From contig CAILIB010000040.1 in assembly GCA_903834195.1 (NCBI GenBank), positions 7,297-71,296 of the forward strand: a DNA stretch of 64,000 nt, written 5' to 3'. Position 1 is the stretch's first letter. Each line of letters opens with the position of its first letter. The position numbers and the translations under genes were made by a program. This DNA is from an uncultured Candidatus Berkelbacteria bacterium (GTDB lineage Bacteria > Patescibacteriota > UBA1384 > CAILIB01). Below the pieces are notes generated by a model that searched no databases, was not told the origin of the DNA, and was given only the letters and a program-made list of their open reading frames with translations. This document shows positions 12,586 to 23,946 of this stretch, piece after piece.

Positions 12586-13116
12586 ATGCGTGAATTATTC
12601 TTCTTTGCTGTTGGGGCCAGCATCGTCGGGACGGTATTTTTTGTGTCACTCGTTGAACTCATTTATACCATCCGACGTCGCAAGGTTCACGAAGATCTCG
12701 AAGCACGGCTCAAGGAAATCAAGAGCTCGTACACCGAATCTATTACCAAGATTGTCACTGAAGACAGGGCTAAACTTGAGGTTGCCGAAAAAACCGCAGC
12801 CGAAGCAGGTTCTACTATTCAGCACGAAAAAGAAGCTATTACCCAAGAGTACGAAGGGCGAATTGAAGAGCTTCAAGCGAATAGTGAAAAAGCCCTCGCC
12901 CACGCTAAAGCAAAAGCCAAGAAGCTTCAAGAACAAGCTGAGTTAGAAGCTGAGGAATATCTCAACGCACGTAAAAAAGAAGTTGAGCAAGAACTCATGG
13001 ATCTCGTTATAGCTGTTACCAAAAAAGTACTCCCAAGTGGTATTAGTTACGAAGCTCATAAAGAGCTTGTACTTAAAGCACTGAATGACGTAAAGGCCGA
13101 AGCACCTTCAGTATGA
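12586..13116 (+). CDS. atpF: ATP synthase subunit b-like
   Basis: N-terminal TM, long Ala/Glu/Lys coiled coil, LVIAVTKKVL terminus, operon position. Confidence 0.8.
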   Translation: MRELFFFAVGASIVGTVFFVSLVELIYTIRRRKVHEDLEARLKEIKSSYTESITKIVTEDRAKLEVAEKTAAEAGSTIQHEKEAITQEYEGRIEELQANSEKALAHAKAKAKKLQEQAELEAEEYLNARKKEVEQELMDLVIAVTKKVLPSGISYEAHKELVLKALNDVKAEAPSV

Positions 13117-13661
13117 CAACGCCCGTCAGTTTTATGAGCAGCATTCTTTCCAAAATGTTCGTCGCTCACCAACTCGACCTTCTTCATCTGTCTATCATCA
13201 ACCTTCTGGATATGATCAAGGATGGTGAAATTGATCTTGTACTAGAGCAAAACAAGAAAACTGCGGTTCAAAAAAGTCTCTTTATTCAAAAGATTATTGA
13301 GAGTCTTGATTCGCCAGAATTACGTGATGCCCTACAGGCTGAACTTGACGCTAAAAATATCGACTTCTTCCTCGAGAAACACTTGAGAGATATACTTGTT
13401 GCACTTCAGAAAGAAGCTGAGCGAATTATCCCCGTTCACCTTACCGTTGCTGTCGAATTTAAGATGCGGGACTTGCAAGACATGGTATCCTTACTAAGCA
13501 AGTCGCTCGGTCACCAAACTGTGCTTGATGTGCACGTCGACCGCAGCCTGATCGGTGGAACCGTCATCCAGTTTGGAAACTATATTTCCGATTACAGTAT
13601 CAAAAGTCGATTAGAACAGTTTCGTTCCCGCTGGGAGGAAGCCGTCGTCGAAAAAGCCTAA
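13113..13661 (+). CDS. atpH: ATP synthase subunit delta (divergent N-terminus)
   Basis: VDRSLIGGTVIQFGNYISDYSIKSRL OSCP/delta C-terminal signature; ATGA overlap with atpF. Confidence 0.88.
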   Translation: MTTPVSFMSSILSKMFVAHQLDLLHLSIINLLDMIKDGEIDLVLEQNKKTAVQKSLFIQKIIESLDSPELRDALQAELDAKNIDFFLEKHLRDILVALQKEAERIIPVHLTVAVEFKMRDLQDMVSLLSKSLGHQTVLDVHVDRSLIGGTVIQFGNYISDYSIKSRLEQFRSRWEEAVVEKA

Positions 13662-13670
13662 TGGAGTTCC

Positions 13671-15302
13671 GTGAGTAAAGATATTACCTCCAAAATAACC
13701 GCTGGACTGAAGCAGAACCTCCCTGAGGATCTTTCGATACACCCAATTCTTACCGAGATCGGTGAAGTTATTTATGTGGGTGACGGTATCTGTAAAATCA
13801 AAGGTCTCCCTACTGCTCACATTGATGACATGGTTGAAATTCAAACCGTCAATGGTGAAATTCCAGCCCTTATTCTCGGTATTAATGAGCGTGAAATTGA
13901 AGCTGTGGTAATGGGCGACTACACCTCAATTCGTCAGGGTAACATCGTAAAATCGAATGGTAAGATTTTAACTATGCCCGCTGGTCCAGGAATGCTTGGC
14001 CGTGTTGTTGACCCACTTGGTGTTCCCCTCGATGGACGTGGTCCTGTGCACACCAAAATGGATATGCCAGTTGAGCGCCTTGCACCTGGTGTAGCTAAAC
14101 GCCGTCCAGTAACTGACCAGTTTCAATCTGGCGTGCTTGTGGTGGATACAATTATTCCCCTTGGCAAAGGCCAACGCGAACTAGTGATCGGCGACCGCAA
14201 ATCAGGCAAAACCAAGTTGATGGAAAGTTTTATCATCAACCAGAAAGGACGTGATTGCGTCTGCATTTACGTGGCAGTTGGTGCTCAAAAAGCAAAGATT
14301 CGTGTTCTTGAAGATCACTTGAAGGCAGCGGGAGCCATGGAATATACCTGTATCGTTATGGGTGGCTCTGATTCCCCTCCGTCACTTAACTACATCGCGC
14401 CATACGCTGGGTGTGCAATTGCTGAGTATTTTCAATTTATCGAGAAGAAGGATGTAGTTATTATCTACGATGACCTTTCCCGTCACGCCAAGGCCTATCG
14501 TCAGATGTCACTGCTTCTAAAACGTTCTCCAGGTCGTGATGCCTACCCTGGTGACATTTTCTACCTCCACTCACGGCTTTTGGAGCGTTCATCCCGTCTT
14601 TCTGAAGAGCTCGGAAGTGCTTCAATTACCGCACTCCCAATGGCAGAGACGCAAAATGGTGACGTATCTGAGTACATCTGTACGAACTTAATGTCGATCA
14701 CCGACGGCCACATCTACCTCGACATCCGCTTGATGCACGATGGTATTCTTCCAGCTGTAGACTCTGGAACCTCCGTATCGCGTATTGGTGGATCAGTGCA
14801 GCCACCTGGTCTGCGTAAATGTGGTGAACTCGCCTCTTCTCAATTGGCGCGGTACAACGAAGTAAAATCCTTCGAGACCTTAAACACTGAAATCAACGAA
14901 GAAACCGAGCGGGAAATTAAACGCGGTAAACGTGTTATGGAAATCTTCGAGCAAGATGCCAATCGCCGCCTCTTGAACGATGAAAAAACCCTCCTGATGT
15001 ACCTTGCCACCGCGGGTAAATTTGATGATGTTGAGCTCAAACAACTACGTAAAATGAAGGTTGCTCTACTCGATTACTACCTTGCTGGTAATTTTACCGA
15101 GTTCAAAGAAAAGTGCGAAACTGAAAAAGACATGGATGCTCTTGGCGCTCTTATTAAGCCAATTATCGAAGGTTTTGCTGCACAATCAGAATACGATGGT
15201 GCCAAAACCATGATTGATAAACCAAAACCAGTTCCTGACGCACTCCCAATTGTTCCTGCAGTTACTTCAGATGGCGAAAAAGGCAAAGAAGCTAAAAAGT
15301 AA
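13671..15302 (+). CDS. atpA: F1 ATPase subunit alpha
   Basis: VGDGI, GQRELVIGDRKSGKT, YDDLSRHA, PGRDAYPGDIFYLHSRLLER, SVSRIGG (Arg finger). Confidence 0.97.
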   Translation: MSKDITSKITAGLKQNLPEDLSIHPILTEIGEVIYVGDGICKIKGLPTAHIDDMVEIQTVNGEIPALILGINEREIEAVVMGDYTSIRQGNIVKSNGKILTMPAGPGMLGRVVDPLGVPLDGRGPVHTKMDMPVERLAPGVAKRRPVTDQFQSGVLVVDTIIPLGKGQRELVIGDRKSGKTKLMESFIINQKGRDCVCIYVAVGAQKAKIRVLEDHLKAAGAMEYTCIVMGGSDSPPSLNYIAPYAGCAIAEYFQFIEKKDVVIIYDDLSRHAKAYRQMSLLLKRSPGRDAYPGDIFYLHSRLLERSSRLSEELGSASITALPMAETQNGDVSEYICTNLMSITDGHIYLDIRLMHDGILPAVDSGTSVSRIGGSVQPPGLRKCGELASSQLARYNEVKSFETLNTEINEETEREIKRGKRVMEIFEQDANRRLLNDEKTLLMYLATAGKFDDVELKQLRKMKVALLDYYLAGNFTEFKEKCETEKDMDALGALIKPIIEGFAAQSEYDGAKTMIDKPKPVPDALPIVPAVTSDGEKGKEAKK

Positions 15303-16171
15303 TGTCGACGATCAACGAAATTAAGGACCAGATGATCACCGTACAATCGGTTGGTGGCTTTGCAAACGCCATGCAACAGATTGCAACGATGCGCATGACC
15401 CACCTGCGTAGCAAAGTGCTCGATAGCCGGCCGTTCGTTGAAGCTGCCATTGAAATCCTCCAGGAACTAAGTACGTTGCGCAATCAGATGCAGGATAAAG
15501 ACCTGCTCAAACTTGAAAAAAAGCATAAGGATGATTTAAAGGAACATCCCCTTACCGCTAAGCGGGCTGTGATTGTTATTACCTCAAACCAAGGGTTAAC
15601 GGGTCACTATAATATTGAAATCTACCAGAAACTTGAGCGCCTGATTGCCGATGAAAAAGATGCTGACTTTTTCATTATTGGTAAAAAGGGGCAAGAGTCC
15701 TTTGCAACCGGCAAGTACAAGGTAGAATACTATCCCTACGAAGTTGCTGACGATTTTACCATTGCAGACCTTAAGCGTCTCCTCACCTTCTTTGACTACT
15801 ATCAGGATGTAGTACTGCTCTACTCGCGCTACGTAAACTCTGCCAAACGCGATGTAGTAGTGACTTCTATTGTAAAGCCAGTACTTGAAGAAGATGAGGA
15901 AACTAAAAAGCATCCGGGAAAGTATATCTACGAGCCTGATATTTATGTGCTCGTAAACTCGATTGGTCACAAATTACGCGGAGCTCTTTTTCAACAACAG
16001 ATTTTTGACTCCCGTCTTTCTCAGTACGCCGCTCAAATGATTGGTATGAAAACAGCTGCAGATAACGCTGTTGAGCTTTTGGGCGATCTCCGTCTTGAAT
16101 ACAACAAACAACGTCGTAAACTGATTGATAAGAAGATTAGTGAGGTTTTTGCTGGTTCAGCGCTTTGGTAG
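15302..16171 (+). CDS. atpG: F1 ATPase subunit gamma (divergent)
   Basis: ITSNQGLTGHYN, IGKKG, YIYEPD, MIGMKTAADNA, LEYNKQRRKLIDKKISEV. Confidence 0.93.
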   Translation: MSTINEIKDQMITVQSVGGFANAMQQIATMRMTHLRSKVLDSRPFVEAAIEILQELSTLRNQMQDKDLLKLEKKHKDDLKEHPLTAKRAVIVITSNQGLTGHYNIEIYQKLERLIADEKDADFFIIGKKGQESFATGKYKVEYYPYEVADDFTIADLKRLLTFFDYYQDVVLLYSRYVNSAKRDVVVTSIVKPVLEEDEETKKHPGKYIYEPDIYVLVNSIGHKLRGALFQQQIFDSRLSQYAAQMIGMKTAADNAVELLGDLRLEYNKQRRKLIDKKISEVFAGSALW

Positions 16172-16209
16172 TTCTTGATTATTTTCAGGCTTAGCGCTAT
16201 GTTCAGCAC

Positions 16210-16653
16210 ATGGTTTCATCTGATTCCTTCGACATGAGTGGGTATAGCATGACCACTCAGCGTTATCCACGCATTAATGCATGGTACTGCGCACGTGAGG
16301 AAGTCGACGAAGCAGTACAATTAACACTCGATGCCATCCCTGGCTCTCGAAAACCTGGAAGTTCGGTCAACGTGTACGCAGTTCAAGTTAAACGAGATGC
16401 AAAGGTAACACTTCAAATCTACGTATTTCTCAACCTCGCACATCACACCACCGAAACACTTCAGCTAAAGCTCTCAAGTGGTCGAACCGTAGAGTGTACG
16501 ATCAGATCACATCAAGACCTGGCAAACCCAATCGGAAATGCCGCTCAAGGATACTTCCGTTCACACCTAAAACTGTACGCATTCGAAGAGCAGTACTCAA
16601 CCCTCTGGTACAACCAATACCTGCGACAATACAATATTGTCGAATACTACTAG
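16210..16653 (+). CDS. Hypothetical protein inserted between atpG and atpD
   Basis: 147-aa ORF filling the gap; no recognised motif. Confidence 0.6.
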   Translation: MVSSDSFDMSGYSMTTQRYPRINAWYCAREEVDEAVQLTLDAIPGSRKPGSSVNVYAVQVKRDAKVTLQIYVFLNLAHHTTETLQLKLSSGRTVECTIRSHQDLANPIGNAAQGYFRSHLKLYAFEEQYSTLWYNQYLRQYNIVEYY

Positions 16654-16734
16654 TTTTCCCGCCCTGCACACAGTTGCCTGGCGGGCTCTTTTTTATAACA
16701 CTTTCCCCTCAACCCCCAATCTGCGGTACAATGA

Positions 16735-18156
<1,422 letters not shown>

Positions 18157-18198
18157 AAAGTAGGCGCCTCCTACCCTAGTAGAAAGCGCCTCGAGAAG

Positions 18199-19209
18199 TT
18201 AGATCGGAGTTAGAAGGAATGCGTGATCGTATCCTCCATATCTTCCAATACCAACAATACAGCCGGAGTCGTTGATCGAATTAGCCACCCCAAGTGTCCA
18301 ACCAGTCAAACCTGGGACACAACTATTGAGATCGTAGAGTTGGTAGGAAGTTCCATCACGCATTGCCACATACGCAACGTAATTACCACCAGCGGTAGTA
18401 TTTGACTGACCCACCACATCACCCCAATCATTTAGACCACAAGCAATAGATGCATCACCTGAACCCAATACACCTAGGTTCACCATTGTCCCGGACGTAC
18501 CACAGGCAGATTTTGGAGTCCAAATAAATGCTCTGGACATCCAATTAGTCAGCGTACTTATTCCAACGACTTGTCCAGAATAATTAATCCCTTTTGCTCG
18601 GCCATTTGTACGTCCAAGGTTGCCAATGCTATACTCCACTCCCCCTTTTAAGATACACGGCCCGTTTGGGCCGCTACCGGCGATTTCATCGGAATCGTTG
18701 ATGGCATACGCCATATCGCCCGAGCTCATACCTGCCATATAAAGATCAGTGATTGTTCCTCCCGAATAAAAGAACGGGTGTCCGTTCGGATCCCTACCGA
18801 GCATGTGTCCCAAGTTGTTGACCGCATATGCGTACGCATTACCGGCGCCAACCATGATCTCGGTGATTCCACCCCCAGACCAAAAACACGGTCGTTGATC
18901 ACCCGAGCTGTTATAACACCAGCCGACGGCGAGATTCGAGTCGTTGATTGCGTATGCTTGGGCAGCACCAGAACTACCACTCAACTTTCCAAGGTTAATC
19001 ATGCCACCGGTTGAAGTCCATGAAAATGCATCAGCAACGTAAGCGGACACATTTGATTGCCCAACAGCTACACCCAGGTTGTTAAGCCCGTACCCATCGG
19101 ATGAGTACCCTAAGGTACCAAGATCGGTAATCGTGTACGACGGGGTTGTTGCTGACGCAAGTACAGCAGACAAGAAAGCTAAAACGGTTGTAGAAAACTT
19201 AAAGTTCAC
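18199..19209 (-). CDS. Secreted HAF-repeat (DUF3466-like) beta-propeller protein
   Basis: YTITDLGTLG, AYAINDS, GLNDWGDVVGQS, terminal HAFLLTP; GTG start with AGGAG upstream. Confidence 0.88.
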   Translation of the reverse strand: MNFKFSTTVLAFLSAVLASATTPSYTITDLGTLGYSSDGYGLNNLGVAVGQSNVSAYVADAFSWTSTGGMINLGKLSGSSGAAQAYAINDSNLAVGWCYNSSGDQRPCFWSGGGITEIMVGAGNAYAYAVNNLGHMLGRDPNGHPFFYSGGTITDLYMAGMSSGDMAYAINDSDEIAGSGPNGPCILKGGVEYSIGNLGRTNGRAKGINYSGQVVGISTLTNWMSRAFIWTPKSACGTSGTMVNLGVLGSGDASIACGLNDWGDVVGQSNTTAGGNYVAYVAMRDGTSYQLYDLNSCVPGLTGWTLGVANSINDSGCIVGIGRYGGYDHAFLLTPI

Positions 19210-19285
19210 TCAATTCTCCTAGGTGACACTTTCCGTGTACACCAGGTCGCATGATACCATAAACATATTAAATAACTATTAGATA

Positions 19286-19525
19286 ATGCTCCACGTCAAA
19301 ATACTCCACCCAGACCGCCTCGTTTTTGAAGGTGAGGCCGAGTATATTATCGCACCAGGCGCACAAGGTGACCTCGGAATAATGCAGGGCCATACACGAA
19401 TGTACGCCGAGTTAATTACTGGGGAGATCCATATTCAAGGACCAGAGCCCCAGACTTTGCCCATTGAGTCGGGCATTCTTCGAATTAAAGGTGATAACGT
19501 GACTATCCTCGTTGGATTAGAGTAG
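19286..19525 (+). CDS. atpC: ATP synthase epsilon, N-terminal beta-sandwich only
   Basis: LHVKILHPDRLVFEGEAEYIIAPGAQGDLGIMQGH; ends at 79 aa with no C-terminal helices. Confidence 0.92.
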   Translation: MLHVKILHPDRLVFEGEAEYIIAPGAQGDLGIMQGHTRMYAELITGEIHIQGPEPQTLPIESGILRIKGDNVTILVGLE

Positions 19526-19619
19526 TAATTCTAATCTGATAAATATGCTACTATAGTGCATTTACCCCTATCTCAAATATTATTTGACTAGAATGTTGAC
19601 ACTGATGGGCGCATGACTG

Positions 19620-19649
19620 TTGACAAGGTTCATCACTAAACCCGATAAT
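19620..19649 (+). promoter_or_regulatory. Putative sigma70 promoter of the surface-protein cluster
   Basis: TTGACA (19620) - 18 nt - GATAAT (19644). Confidence 0.5.
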
Positions 19650-19764
19650 AGATATAACAATTGTTCATTAACAAATCGAAATCGAAGCCGCGTCTAGAAA
19701 TTCATTTCTATGCGCATCTACTCAAATACTTTTTTCAACGTTTAATAATTAGTAAGTTCCTCAC

Positions 19765-20964
19765 ATGATTTCAGTAAAAAAACTGATCTCAGCAGCAGTA
19801 ACTATTTCTACCACACTTGCCCTTACAGGCGTAGGTTTGGCAGGACAAGTTTACGCAGCTCCGATCAGCTCAGCTTCCGCAACGCTTTCGAATAACACTG
19901 TTGCTGCAACAGGTGTTACATACACCATGCAGTTTACAGCATCTAGTACCGCAATTAAGGGTATTAAATTCCAGTGGCGTACTACTCCATCAGCAGGTGG
20001 TGGAAAACCAACCAATCTTAATCTTGGCGTAGCAGCTCTTGCATCTGCGACTGGAAATAACGGCTCTTCGACTGACCTAGTTGCTACAACAGGTTGGACA
20101 ATTGCTTCTGGCGGTGCTGGATCTGGAGACCTAGGTCTTTCAGGCGCAACCGCTTACTCACCAGGCGCAACTTCAGTTTACACAGTTGCCTTCTCAACGA
20201 TCACTAACAACACAGACGCCAACGACTGTGACGCAATTACCAACTCTGAATCGTGTTACATCCGTATCACAACCTTCAGTGACCAGGCAATGACCACACC
20301 AGTTGATAGCGGTGTAGTATCATACACAGTAGTCGCTAACACAACTGTTACTGCAACTGTTGATCCTTCCCTTACCTTCACCATCGGTGGTGTTACAACT
20401 GAAGCAGCACTTCAGACAAATGACTCACACGCTGGATGTGGCGCAGCTGCTGACGTAACTGCAACAGCAACCAGTATTCCATTCGGACACATGGTTCCTG
20501 CAACCTACGTTTGTGGCCAGCAATCACTTGCTGTTTCTACTAACGCAGCTCTTGGTTACTCTGTTTACCAGAAGTTCACCAGTCCTACAGCTAACGTAGC
20601 GATGATTGGTACAGTTGCTTCAACTGACTACATCAACACATTTAGTTCAACAGGTGCTACCTTCGCAGTTCCTGTAGCTTGGGCAACTCCTACCAGCACA
20701 ACTGCTAACAGCAACACTGGATACATCGGTATTCGTACCACCAACGCTAAAGTTCAGACTGACGACCCAGCTTACACCACAACTAACAACTACGGTACTC
20801 CATACGTAGGTACAGGTCTTGGTTCAGCTAAGGTAATGGACAGCGTTGGACCTGATCTAGGAACTACCAACACGTATGTTACATACAAAATGGAAGTTAA
20901 CTCAGCTCAGCCTTCTGACACCTACACAGGTACAATCAACTACAACGTTGTAGCTAAGTACTAA
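19765..20964 (+). CDS. Secreted WxL/pilin-like surface protein, probable major subunit
   Basis: Signal peptide (VYA/A), Thr/Ala/Ser rich, VTATVDPSLTF, STNAALGYSV, terminal SDTYTGTINYNVVAKY; codon bias (tac/aac/ttc) suggests high expression. Confidence 0.65.
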   Translation: MISVKKLISAAVTISTTLALTGVGLAGQVYAAPISSASATLSNNTVAATGVTYTMQFTASSTAIKGIKFQWRTTPSAGGGKPTNLNLGVAALASATGNNGSSTDLVATTGWTIASGGAGSGDLGLSGATAYSPGATSVYTVAFSTITNNTDANDCDAITNSESCYIRITTFSDQAMTTPVDSGVVSYTVVANTTVTATVDPSLTFTIGGVTTEAALQTNDSHAGCGAAADVTATATSIPFGHMVPATYVCGQQSLAVSTNAALGYSVYQKFTSPTANVAMIGTVASTDYINTFSSTGATFAVPVAWATPTSTTANSNTGYIGIRTTNAKVQTDDPAYTTTNNYGTPYVGTGLGSAKVMDSVGPDLGTTNTYVTYKMEVNSAQPSDTYTGTINYNVVAKY

Positions 20965-20986
20965 GTAGACTTCGATAAGAACCAAC

Positions 20987-21014
20987 AAAGTACCTCCTTC
21001 GGGAGGTACTTTTT
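20987..21014 (+). terminator. Intrinsic terminator after the major subunit gene
   Basis: aaagtacctcc-ttcg-ggaggtacttttt. Confidence 0.9.
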
Positions 21015-21086
21015 GGGTACTAGCTGCTTAATAATTATTTAACTGTAGACCTGCCCCTATTCCTGATTCTCTTGTATACTATTACT

Positions 21087-22178
21087 ATGAACTTCTCTCA
21101 AAAAATACTGCGAACGATAGTTACCATCTGCACTCTCTGTGCAGTACTGGTTGGCGCAACAATACCAAAAGCAACACTCGCTGCATCAATTCTTTCCCCT
21201 TCAGTTGGACTATCTGACGTACACAATATTGCAACTGGCGTGACCTACACTATTACGTTTACTACTGGAAGTACTGACACATTAAAACAAATGGATTTTC
21301 AGTTTGCTACAACTAATAGCAACACTACAAAACCAGCATCACTAAACCTTACATCAAGCACACTTGGAACGTCGACTGGATTTAATGGAAGTTGGACAAT
21401 CGATACTACCGATGCGAGTACTGGATTACTTCACCTCGTAAATACTACTGGTGAATCTATTGCAGCTTCCACTACTATTAGTGCAGTTTTCAGCGGAATT
21501 ACTAACCCAGAAATTGCTGATTGCGATTCAGCAACCACGACCCTATCCGATACCTGTTGGATTCGTATAAAGACATTTAATGATGCAGGTATCACAACTG
21601 TAGATAGTGGTAACGTTCCTTTCACAATTACCGAAGACCCGAGTATGTCGTTCCAAGTTGAGAATGTGGTAACTGGAGAAACTCACAACGGTATTACCTC
21701 AACCCTCGATAGTACAAGTGATAGTATTGCCTTTGGTCACCTCCAAATTGGAACTGTTGAATACGCAATCCAGAAGCTTACAATTCAGACAAACGCACCA
21801 CACGGATACGTGGTCAATGCATACCTTCCAACAGGTATTACTGGTGCTAATAGCTCGAGTGATGTCATTAGCCCATTTGGAGCAGTAAACGCTACCTGGA
21901 GTACTCCGCAATCTTGGGCGTCACCGTTTGGAACAACACCTAATAGTAACACTGGCTGGATCGGAGCTAACACAAGTGACGGCCGAGTTTCGGGATGGTA
22001 TGGACAAAGCAATAAATTTGGCCCACTATCAACTACGCCGCACACTGTTGCATATAGTTCAGGTGCCGACCGAACTGGAACCGTGGTATATGTTGCATAT
22101 GCAATTGAAGTGAACGGCTACCAACCGTCTGATTACTACACTGGAGAAATCTCCTACGATGTCCAAGCTAAGTACTGA
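21087..22178 (+). CDS. Secreted WxL/pilin-like protein, paralogue of 19765
   Basis: Shares ATGVTYT, DCD..C[YW]IRI.TF.D, NSNTG[YW]IG, QPSD.YTG.I.Y.V.AKY with the upstream gene. Confidence 0.7.
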   Translation: MNFSQKILRTIVTICTLCAVLVGATIPKATLAASILSPSVGLSDVHNIATGVTYTITFTTGSTDTLKQMDFQFATTNSNTTKPASLNLTSSTLGTSTGFNGSWTIDTTDASTGLLHLVNTTGESIAASTTISAVFSGITNPEIADCDSATTTLSDTCWIRIKTFNDAGITTVDSGNVPFTITEDPSMSFQVENVVTGETHNGITSTLDSTSDSIAFGHLQIGTVEYAIQKLTIQTNAPHGYVVNAYLPTGITGANSSSDVISPFGAVNATWSTPQSWASPFGTTPNSNTGWIGANTSDGRVSGWYGQSNKFGPLSTTPHTVAYSSGADRTGTVVYVAYAIEVNGYQPSDYYTGEISYDVQAKY

Positions 22179-22938
22179 TCCAACTCTGATCGTAAAAATA
22201 GCCTCCGTTATTGGTGGTTTATTTTTGGTCGGATTAGTAGGTAGTGCATGGTTTCCACAGCCATGTTCATATTTACGCCAGTCTATTAGTTCCTGCCCCC
22301 GCACATTCATCGGAGTTGAACCCCCTGCAATTCATGAACTCAATCGTGTTCCTCATACAGATATCGTTACGGGAAACGCCATTTTCACCACCAAAGCACA
22401 AGATAAACGTGCAAAAACTGTAGTAGATTTTGAGTACCATGCCGACTACACAGCTCAAAACGCATTTCTCGAAATCAACGATGGAACTTCATATAAGCAG
22501 CTTGGATTAATCACTTCACCACTACTTACAGGCCTCGATTGGCCTCGAAACATCGATACAGACGCTGGATTGACCCTCTATCAGCGCGGAGATGACTACG
22601 AAAATCTAGACAAATTATTTGCTAACTTACCACCCGCATCTACCCTCGCAGCTGACGCACCAGCAGCTCGTCTTTACGGCCTAAAAGATGGGCAATACAC
22701 CCCACTTGAAGGACTTACGGATCTCACTACTATCAATGTGATAGTTACTACTTATGCCCCTCCCCAATCTGATGGAACGTGGAAAATGTACGTACACCAA
22801 TTCAATTTGAGCACAATTCCTGCCCAAAAAGATGGCACATTAGCATGGCGAATTACCGCCCCAAAACCTTCAGAAACTGCCCTAGATTTTCTCCTCGGCC
22901 AAGTACATATCGACTATCGTGATGACCGATTTCCATGA
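22159..22938 (+). CDS. Hypothetical membrane-anchored protein
   Basis: N-terminal TM, overlaps upstream stop. Confidence 0.7.
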   Translation: MSKLSTDPTLIVKIASVIGGLFLVGLVGSAWFPQPCSYLRQSISSCPRTFIGVEPPAIHELNRVPHTDIVTGNAIFTTKAQDKRAKTVVDFEYHADYTAQNAFLEINDGTSYKQLGLITSPLLTGLDWPRNIDTDAGLTLYQRGDDYENLDKLFANLPPASTLAADAPAARLYGLKDGQYTPLEGLTDLTTINVIVTTYAPPQSDGTWKMYVHQFNLSTIPAQKDGTLAWRITAPKPSETALDFLLGQVHIDYRDDRFP

Positions 22939-23014
22939 CAAAAAATCGGCTAGCCTTGCAAGATCCTAAATTTATGCTGATAATAAAACTAAATTCTTTC
23001 CCTAGAAAAATAAC

Positions 23015-23935
23015 ATGCGCCTGAAACGACTAGCCCACTCACTGCTCGCAGTACTCGTACTTTTCGGAGGGATCCAGCTTTCTATACCATCTGCCCATGC
23101 AGATACTGTTAGTATTATTCCACCTAAGTTTGAAGTGTTCGGTAATCCTGGGGATACCCTCACTGAAAAGTTGAAGGTTAATAATAGCAGTGTCACAGAA
23201 GGAACCTACCAAGTTCAGGTAGAAGACTTCCGTGCACAAGGTGATGACGGAAGCGTCGATCTCGTAGAAGATGGTTCTCCACGGACCAGCTACTCACTTG
23301 CAAGCTGGATTACTACCGAACCTAGCAGCTTCACAGTTGCTGCCGGACAAGAAAAGGTTGTTACCTTTACCATCAAAATTCCAAAGACTGGTGAGCCAGG
23401 TGGTCACTACGCTTCAGTTCTGATTAAAAAGGCTGGACAAACAGCTCCAGGCTCAGCTTCAGTAGATAGTCGTATCGGAAGTCTTGTTCTCTTGCGCGTT
23501 TCTGGAAACGTTACTGAAAGTCTTACACTTGATTCATTTACTACTGACTCGTACTCACAGTACGGCCCAGTTAATTTCAAGCTCCTCTTTACCAACAATG
23601 GTAATGTGCACATTGCTCCTACTGGAACAATTGTAATTAGCAACCTCTTTGGTCAGAAGGTAAAGGAAATTCCAGTATCAGGTGCAAACGTACTTCCTGG
23701 TGCAAACCGTTTAGTTACTGCAACTTGGGATTCTACCAACTTAGTTGGTCGTTATACCGCAACCTACCAGGCAACCTACGGAACTCCTAAACAAAATCTT
23801 GCTGCCACTGTCAGCTTCGTAGTCTTCCCAGTCTATTTGATCTTCGTTGTCATCATAGTTATTGCACTTGTTTACCTCCTTATCGCTAAGCGCAAATCTC
23901 TGAAGCGCTTGATCAACAACATTACCTCAGACTAG
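23015..23935 (+). CDS. DUF916/DUF3324-like (WxL-interacting or PapD-like) protein with C-terminal TM
   Basis: IIPPKFE, LASWIT, EPGGHYASV, FTNNGNVH, VLPGANR, GRYTA, then TM and basic tail. Confidence 0.75.
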   Translation: MRLKRLAHSLLAVLVLFGGIQLSIPSAHADTVSIIPPKFEVFGNPGDTLTEKLKVNNSSVTEGTYQVQVEDFRAQGDDGSVDLVEDGSPRTSYSLASWITTEPSSFTVAAGQEKVVTFTIKIPKTGEPGGHYASVLIKKAGQTAPGSASVDSRIGSLVLLRVSGNVTESLTLDSFTTDSYSQYGPVNFKLLFTNNGNVHIAPTGTIVISNLFGQKVKEIPVSGANVLPGANRLVTATWDSTNLVGRYTATYQATYGTPKQNLAATVSFVVFPVYLIFVVIIVIALVYLLIAKRKSLKRLINNITSD

Positions 23936-23946
23936 TTCTCAGGCAC

